A DNA stretch of 64,000 nucleotides from Eledone cirrhosa (lineage: Eukaryota), in the NCBI GenBank assembly GCA_964016885.1, contig OZ024747.1:4340001-4404000 (forward strand). The letters run 5' to 3'. Numbering within the stretch: the first letter of the stretch is position 1; every line of letters begins with the position of its first letter. The notes beneath the pieces were generated by a model. It was given only the letters and a program-made list of their open reading frames with translations, was not told where the DNA came from and searched no databases. A program made the position numbers and the translations under genes. Shown piece by piece: positions 57,280 to 64,000 of this stretch.

Positions 57280-58320
57280 GCCACTGTTGTGGTGATGTTG
57301 GTTGTGATGATGGTTGTGGCTGTTGTGATGTTGGTTGTGGCTGTTGTGATGTTGGTTGTGGCTGTTGTGATGATGGTTGTGGTTGTTGTGATGATGGTTG
57401 TGGCTGTTGTGATGATGGTTGTGGCTGTTGTGATGTTGGTTGTGGCTGTTGTGATGTTGGTTGTGGCTGTTGTGATGATGGTTGTGGTTGTTGTGATGAT
57501 GGTTGTGGCTGTTGTGATGTTGGTTGTGGCTGTTGTGATGTTGGTTGTGGCTGTTGTGATGATGGTTGTGGCTGTTGTGATGATGGTTGTGGTTGTTGTG
57601 ATGATGGTTGTGGCTGTTGTGATGTTGGTTGTGGCTGTTGTTGTGATGTTGGTTGTGGCTGTTGTGATGTTGATTGTGGCTGTTGTTGTGATGTTGGTTG
57701 TCACTGTTGTGGTGATGTTGGTTGTGATGATGGTTGTGGCTGTTGTGATGTTGGTTGTGGCTGTTGTGATGTTGGTTGTAGCTGTTGTGATGTTGGTTGT
57801 GGCTGTTGTGGTGATGTTGTTTGTGATGATGGTTGTGGTTGTTGTGATGTTGGTTGTGGCTGTTGTTGTGATGTTGGTTGTGGCTGTTGTGATGTTGGTT
57901 GTGGCTGTTGTGATGTTGGTTGTAGCTGTTGTGATGTTGGTTGTGGCTGTTGTGGTGATGTTGTTTGTGATGATGGTTGTGGTTGTTGTGATGTTGGTTG
58001 TGGCTGTTGTTGTGATGTTGGTTGTGGCTGTTGTGATGTTGGTTGTCACTGTTGTTGTGATGTTGGTTGTCACTGTTGTGGTGATGTTGTTTGTGATGAT
58101 GGTTGTGGTTGTTGTGATGTTGGTTGTGGCTGTTGTGATGTTGGTTGTGGCTGTTGTTGTGATGTTGGTTGTCACTGTTGTTGTGATGTTGGTTGTCACT
58201 GTTGTTGTGATGTTGGTTGTCACTGTTGTTGTGATGTTGGTTGTCACTGTTGTTGTGATGTTGGTTGTCACTGTTGTTGTGATGTTGGTTGTCACTGTTG
58301 TTGTGATGTTGGTTGTGATG
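57280..58320. repeat. 18/21-bp TG-rich minisatellite (tgttgtgatgttggttgtggc-type)
   Basis: Direct reading. It is open in several frames only because the unit has no stop codons. Confidence 0.9.
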
Positions 58321-58899
58321 CTGGTGTTAGTAACTCTATACTACACTTCTTCAGAACCTCTGTTGTCCATCTCTGCTCATTGTGGACTACATTAGACAAG
58401 AGACGAAACATATTTCCACAGAAGTGATTGCCTGAGAGAATCAAGTCAACTCTTCCTGAGTCTTCTTCTTTTGCATGCCAGGAACTTTGCCAAATACCAC
58501 TCTCGTAGCAGTTACTTCTCTCTCTCTTCCACTTCTCTCTCTATCTACCTCTCTTGCTCTCTCTCGTCCACCTCTCTTGCTCTCTCTCGTCCACCTCTCT
58601 TGCTCTCTCTCGTCCACCTCTCTTGCTCTCTCTCGTCCACCTCTCTCTCTCTCGTCCACCTCTCTCTCTTTCTCTTCCACCTCTCTCTCTCTCTCTTCCA
58701 CCTCTCTCTCTCTCTTCCACCTCTCTCTCTCTCTTCCACCTCTCTCTATCGCCCACTTCTCTATCTACCTCCCTCTCTCTCTCTTCCTACCCCCCCTCTC
58801 TCTCTTCCTACCCCTCTCTCTGTTATGCAAGAATATGACCATATATGACAATACACCACTGGTCAACGACAATCAGTATTTAAAACCAAGGATAGAATA

Positions 58900-58985
58900 T
58901 TGGCAGTATCGGTAGAGGGTCGGACGCCATACTTTGCGGTATAGAGTTACGTCCCTTTACGTTCTGAGTTCAAATCCTACCTAGA
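58900..58985 (+). mobile_element. 5' part of SINE family A
   Basis: ttggcagtatcggtagagggtcggacgcc...gagttcaaatcc. Confidence 0.7.
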
Positions 58986-59039
58986 TTCATTTTCTCACTT
59001 ATACTGTACCGATTGTGTTGTTTCTGTTTACCTTTTACA

Positions 59040-60258
59040 TACATAGAAGAAATTCCAAACTTGGAAGCAGGGACTGGAAAGAAAGGGTCTCAAAGTCAAC
59101 ATGACAAAGACTAAGGTCCTTGTAAGTAGACGAGAAAACAGAATCCAGATCCCCTCAGGGAAATGGCCTTGCTCAGTATGTAGGAAAGGTGTAGGTAGGA
59201 ACTCCATTCTCTCCCCCAAATGCAAACAATGGGTACACAAGAGATGTAGCGGGATCTCAGGAAGCTTAATTAAGAATGTAGGCTTCACATGCAGCAGCTG
59301 TGCTGGGACAGCAAGCAGCAAACAGCCACAGGAAACAAGTACCACCAATCTCTGGGAGGGCTCTGTAGAAACAGTAGACAGCTTCTGCTACCTAGGTGAC
59401 CGAATTAGCAGTGGAGGTGGGTGTTCAGAAAGTACAATAACTAGGGTAAGAATGGGATGGAAGAAGTTCAGGGAACTACTGCCACTGCTAGCTGCAAAAG
59501 GCTTTTGCCTCAAAATGAAAGGCAGACTGTATGATGTGTGTATACGAACAGCAATATTACATGGTAGTGAGACCTGGGCGCTGAAGGTGGAAGACTTACG
59601 TAGATTAGAAAGAAACGAAGCCTGCATGCACCGATGGATGTGTAATAGTAATATAGGTGAACGGCAAAGCATAAATGAATTGAGAGAGTGACTGGAATCA
59701 AATGCTGTGTGCAGGAGAGGCGGTTGCGTAGGTATGGACATGTCATGCGTATGAAAGATGACATCTGCATAAAAAGGTGCAGAGCACTAGAAGTCAATGG
59801 AAACCGCGGAGTGGGGAGACCCAAGAAGACCTGGGATAAAGTGATAAAAGCCAACCTTACCCAATTACACCTCTCAAAGGCAATGACACACGACCGTGAC
59901 CTCTGGCATCACGCAGTAATAGAGTACCCGACCTCCCATGGGTACAAGCCGAAGCTGAAGCATATAGAGAATATGCCCCACACCCTCCCACTGCAAAGTG
60001 GTCGTGGAGGTGCCACGGCAAAAAAGCACCCAGCCCACACTATAAAGTGGATGTGTAGGCGCCACAGAAAAAAGCACCCAGCACTCACTGTAAATGAGGT
60101 TGGTGTTAGGAAGGGCATCCAGCTGTAGAAATCAAGCCAAAATCAGTTCCTGTATGAGCAAGGCATGGTCAGCCGACCAGACACTGCCCACAACAGGACA
60201 ACCCGTCTAATCCATGCTAGCATGGAAGAACCGACGTAAAACGATGATGATGATGATG
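59040..60258 (+). mobile_element. 5'-truncated RTE-clade LINE (RT C-terminus with PHD-like insertion, 3' UTR, (GAT)n tail)
   Basis: GLKVNMTKTKVL..WPCSVCRKGVGRNSI..CKQWVHKRCSGI..CSSC..VDSFCYLG..GWKKFREL..LHGSETW, then a frameshift near 59690, then RRLRRYGHVMR..GRPKKTW. Confidence 0.9.
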
Positions 60259-60369
60259 ATATATATATATATTTAGATATATATATATATATATTTAGAT
60301 ATATATATATATATTTATATATATATATATATTTAGATATATATGTATATATATATATATATTTAGATA

Positions 60370-60402
<33 letters not shown>

Positions 60403-60408
<6 letters not shown>

Positions 60409-60850
60409 CAGGAAAGAAGGTTTACATGGTTTGCTATACAAAAAAGTTTTTAATCACATAGCTTACATTTGTTTCACTGAACTGGTATGTCTAGAGATCG
60501 CTATCCGCCTAATTTTGCGTCACTCGATCGCCAATACAGAATTATAACCAGTCAGATCTTCGGAGCATGCGAATTAGGCGGATAGCGATCTCTAGACATA
60601 CCAGTTCAGTGAAACAAATGTAAGCTATGTGATTAAAAACTTTTTTGTATAGCAAACCATGTAAACCTTCTTTCCTGATTTATTATTACTCCAAGTGTTT
60701 ACAACATAGGAATTACAGCATACCCGCAGCATCACTATGAAAACGCCTTGTTGAGTCAAACCAAGCCAAGCGTTAATATCATCCACTACCTGGAATACCA
60801 TAACTGGACTTCACCTAAGTGGACTGCATTTAACTATTATTTGTTAATCC
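60403..60850. mobile_element. Fold-back element (112-bp arms 60403-60514 / 60572-60683) with a CCGAAGA hammerhead at 60461-60566 (-) and 81-nt stem II
   Basis: Minus strand: gct CCGAAGA t ctgactggt ... accagttcag t GAAAC aaat GTA agc. The plus arm carries only the 3' half plus a tail. Confidence 0.8.
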
Positions 60851-60851
60851 G

Positions 60852-60911
<60 letters not shown>

Positions 60912-60958
60912 CGTTATTCCGGGTTGAATCGGAGGTAACCACAGTAAGTAAGGTACCT

Positions 60959-61007
60959 GATTCCTGATGATTTCTAAAGAATGAAACAGTTCTAGTCCTG
61001 TAGAATC
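60959..61007 (+). ncRNA. Compact type-I hammerhead ('GAAACAGTTCTAG' family)
   Basis: gattc CTGATGA t ttc taaa gaa t GAAA cag ttctagtc ctg TA gaatc. Confidence 0.8.
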
Positions 61008-61052
61008 TCATCTATATTAAAACTATATATATAAATATATATATGTATATAT

Positions 61053-61103
<51 letters not shown>

Positions 61104-62098
61104 AACCAAACAGTGAGTGTGTTCTGTTATTAATTCTGGCAATATTATCACACAAATATGACCCTCCCCAGTATAACAATATTTGTTTCAACACACGATT
61201 TCATATCAAAAACCTCGCAAAACTAATTCATCGCCGTTATATATATTTAGATATATATATATAGATATTTAGAGATATAGATAGATAGATATATATGTAC
61301 ATATATATATATATATACTTCATTTTTGAATTTGTATATATATATATATATATCCATGCAAGCATGGAACAGCGATTGTAAAATAACAATAATGATATAT
61401 ACAAATACACACACACACATATTTCTATATATACATATAATGTATGTGTGTTGAATATATTTTCTTATTTTAATGCATAAGTTACTTAAGTTTTAAGCTT
61501 TAAATTCATTACATAAAATTAAATAATACAAAAATTACAATGAAACACCTGTGCTTTCTTAAACGGAAATTGAATGCAGAATGAGAATAATTTAAATTTG
61601 AAAACTTTTGTAAAGAAATAAAGAAATGGAAATATTATAAATTCAAATTCGAATTTTAATTCCATTTTCTCTTTATATATATATATATATTTTTTTTTTA
61701 CCAAGTTTAAATTTGAGTTCAAATTTCAAATAGTGATTTCCTCTCTACCACTGATTCATTGAGTTCAGTTTATAGAAAATGTTTCGAACTGCAAAAGTAC
61801 ATTGCATAGAAAGTTGAAAAATCCAATTTAACAAAAACAACAACAAGATCAACAACAACACAACAAGATCAAAAATAACAAGACAACAACAACAAGAGTC
61901 ACAACAGAAAAACAACAATAAGATCAAGAATAGTAACAACAAGCTGAACAACAACAATAGAAAGCTTGCAGGTATAATACTGATAAAGGACATTTGATGT
62001 AAGAAATAAAATCATTGACTCAGCAAGATGAGAGAACTGACAGCTTGTAATAGCATTCTAGTAAATAGAAATATCAACATGGAGGAGAGAGTTGTCCT

Positions 62099-62720
62099 GG
62101 GTACTGTATAGAGTAGATCATCATGGTACTGTATAGAGTAGATCATCATGGTACTGTATAGAGTAGACCATCATGGTACTGTATAGAGTAGATCATCATG
62201 GTACTGTATAGAGTAGATCATCATGGTACTGTATAGAGTAGATCATCATGGTACTGTATAGAGTAGACCATAATGGTACTGTATAGAGTAGATCATCATG
62301 GTACTGTATAGAGTAGATCATCATGGTACTGTATAGAGTAGACCATCATGGTACTGTATAGAGTAGATCATCATGGTACTGTATAGAGTAGACCATCATG
62401 GTACTGTATAGAGTAGATCATCATGGTACTGTATAGAGTAGACCATCATGGTACTGTATAGAGTAGACCATCATGGTACTGTATAGAGTAGATCATCATG
62501 GTACTGTATAGAGTAGACCATCATGGTACTGTATAGAGTAGATCATCATGGTACTGTATAGAGTAGACCATCATGGTACTGTATAGAGTAGATCATCATG
62601 GTACTGTATAGTGTAGATCATATTCTTGGTACTGTTTAGACCAGATCTTCATCATCATCATGTTGGTACTGCATAGAACAGACCATCATCATCATTATCA
62701 TCATGTTGGTACTGTATAGA
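62099..62720. repeat. 25-bp minisatellite (ggtactgtatagagtagaYcatcat), ~21 copies plus degenerate ends
   Basis: Direct reading. Confidence 0.95.
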
Positions 62721-63515
62721 ACAGACCATCATCATCATTATCTTGGTGGTCTGGTCTAAACAATACCATCACCATCCTCATCTCTCTTTCTCATACATAC
62801 ACACACTCTCTCTCTCTCCCACACACACATATATACATGTATAGATTGATGCATCCAATTATTTATGGAGGCATGTTTCATTATTAAATTTTTCATTAAG
62901 ATCAGTTGAGTCTGTTTTATAATGACAGGGATTTTGTTGTTTTTATAGTAATTGTGTTTTTGTTGTTTATCTTGCTATTTCGAAGTCCTGATCAACTGTG
63001 AATGTACAAACCCCAATCATTTGATTGACATTCAGTCCTTCAGATGAGGAACTTTATGAGCATTTCTCTGAAAGCAATAAACATCATATATTAGGCAACA
63101 ACTCAATGAAGACTGTTTGTGCATGAAAAAGAGAGCAAAAGAGAGGAGTGAAACAGAGAGAGAGAAAAGAGAGTTGAAGAAAAAGAGAAACTAAAGGGAG
63201 ATTGAAAGAAAAAGAAAACCATTGAATTTAGAGAGTTTTATTTCATAACAATACATTTAAAACCATTGCTCTTCAACTATTTCTTCTTTCTCCCACTCCT
63301 ACTCTATTAGGTTTTCAGTCTTTCTCCTCTTTTGAATGCTCCCTCATTTAGTCAAAAGGAGCTCAAATTTTGGACATTTTTGCTCATAGATTATTTTGGG
63401 ATGGATTATGATGTCTGTGCTAAATTTTATAAAGATCTGTTGAGAAACGATGCAGGCTGTTTGAAGACAAACAAACATTCAAGCATGCTTAAATATATAT
63501 ATATATAATAATAAT

Positions 63516-63571
<56 letters not shown>

Positions 63572-63726
63572 AAGAAGTATTTTGAAAATTTGGACATGTA
63601 CAACAATTATTATTGAGTGGCTGCTATTTGCAGTATAGCAATATAAGGTTGCACTTACCAATGAAACGGCCGTAAATACCTGGATAAAATCCTTTTTTTA
63701 ATGCTTACCTGTGTTTTCTCTTTTAT

Positions 63727-63796
<70 letters not shown>

Positions 63797-63800
<4 letters not shown>

Positions 63801-63990
63801 TTTGGGGTTAACCATTGTCAGTAAGGTACTCAATACATTAGTAGAGAGTAAACATCAAATTTAATATAGAAATGGCTTCTACAGGACTAGCACTGATTCA
63901 TTCAAAAGAAATCACTTGTCTTTCCTGATGATATCTTTTGAATGAAACAGTTCTAGTCCTGCAGAAGCCATTTCTAGACTAAACTTGTTA
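63797..63990. mobile_element. Fold-back of the 'GAAACAGTTCTAG' family (arms ~63860-63914 / 63929-63983), hammerhead core at 63922-63966 with GUA mutated to GCA
   Basis: ttc CTGATGA tatcttttgaat GAAA cag ttctagtc ctg CA gaa. Confidence 0.7.
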
Positions 63991-64000
63991 TATACACACA

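Noticed and set aside
57243-58427. 394-aa Cys-rich 'metallothionein-like' ORF (CCDVGCG repeats)
   Set aside because: A stop-free 18/21-bp minisatellite open in several frames on both strands, with no true ATG start and no sign of selection for one frame.
63659-63679. Apparent 21-nt minus-strand micro-exon (ccag|...|gtaagt)
   Set aside because: The same bases read GAAAC-GGCC-GTA on the plus strand, the 3' half of a decayed hammerhead element next to TA tracts. There is no other support for splicing.

Overview
AT-rich, repeat-saturated eukaryotic non-coding DNA. The SINE/LINE repertoire and the huge (TA)n/(TATG)n/(CAC)n tracts suggest an octopus-like cephalopod, but this is an inference. I recognise no host protein-coding gene, and nearly all long ORFs in the track are microsatellite artefacts. 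Recognisable elements are decayed RTE, Tx1/L1 and R4/Dong-like LINE fragments, two tRNA-derived SINE families, a bipartite RTE-derived non-autonomous element, piggyBac- and mariner-like MITEs, and several minisatellites. The main signal is a dense set of short elements, mostly unrelated in sequence and almost all next to (TA)n tracts. Each carries a type-I hammerhead ribozyme motif (stem I - CUGANGA - stem II - GAAA - short, often palindromic stem III - NUH - stem I'), often followed by AATAAA. About ten loci have an intact-looking core and several more are degenerate or partial. Many are fold-back palindromes, some have a CCGAAGA core variant, and several have 60-85 nt stem II insertions. One copy (10072-11322) still carries a Penelope/Naiad-type GIY-YIG endonuclease fragment, which ties the set to Penelope-like retroelements. 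All structures were read by eye and none was computed or tested.
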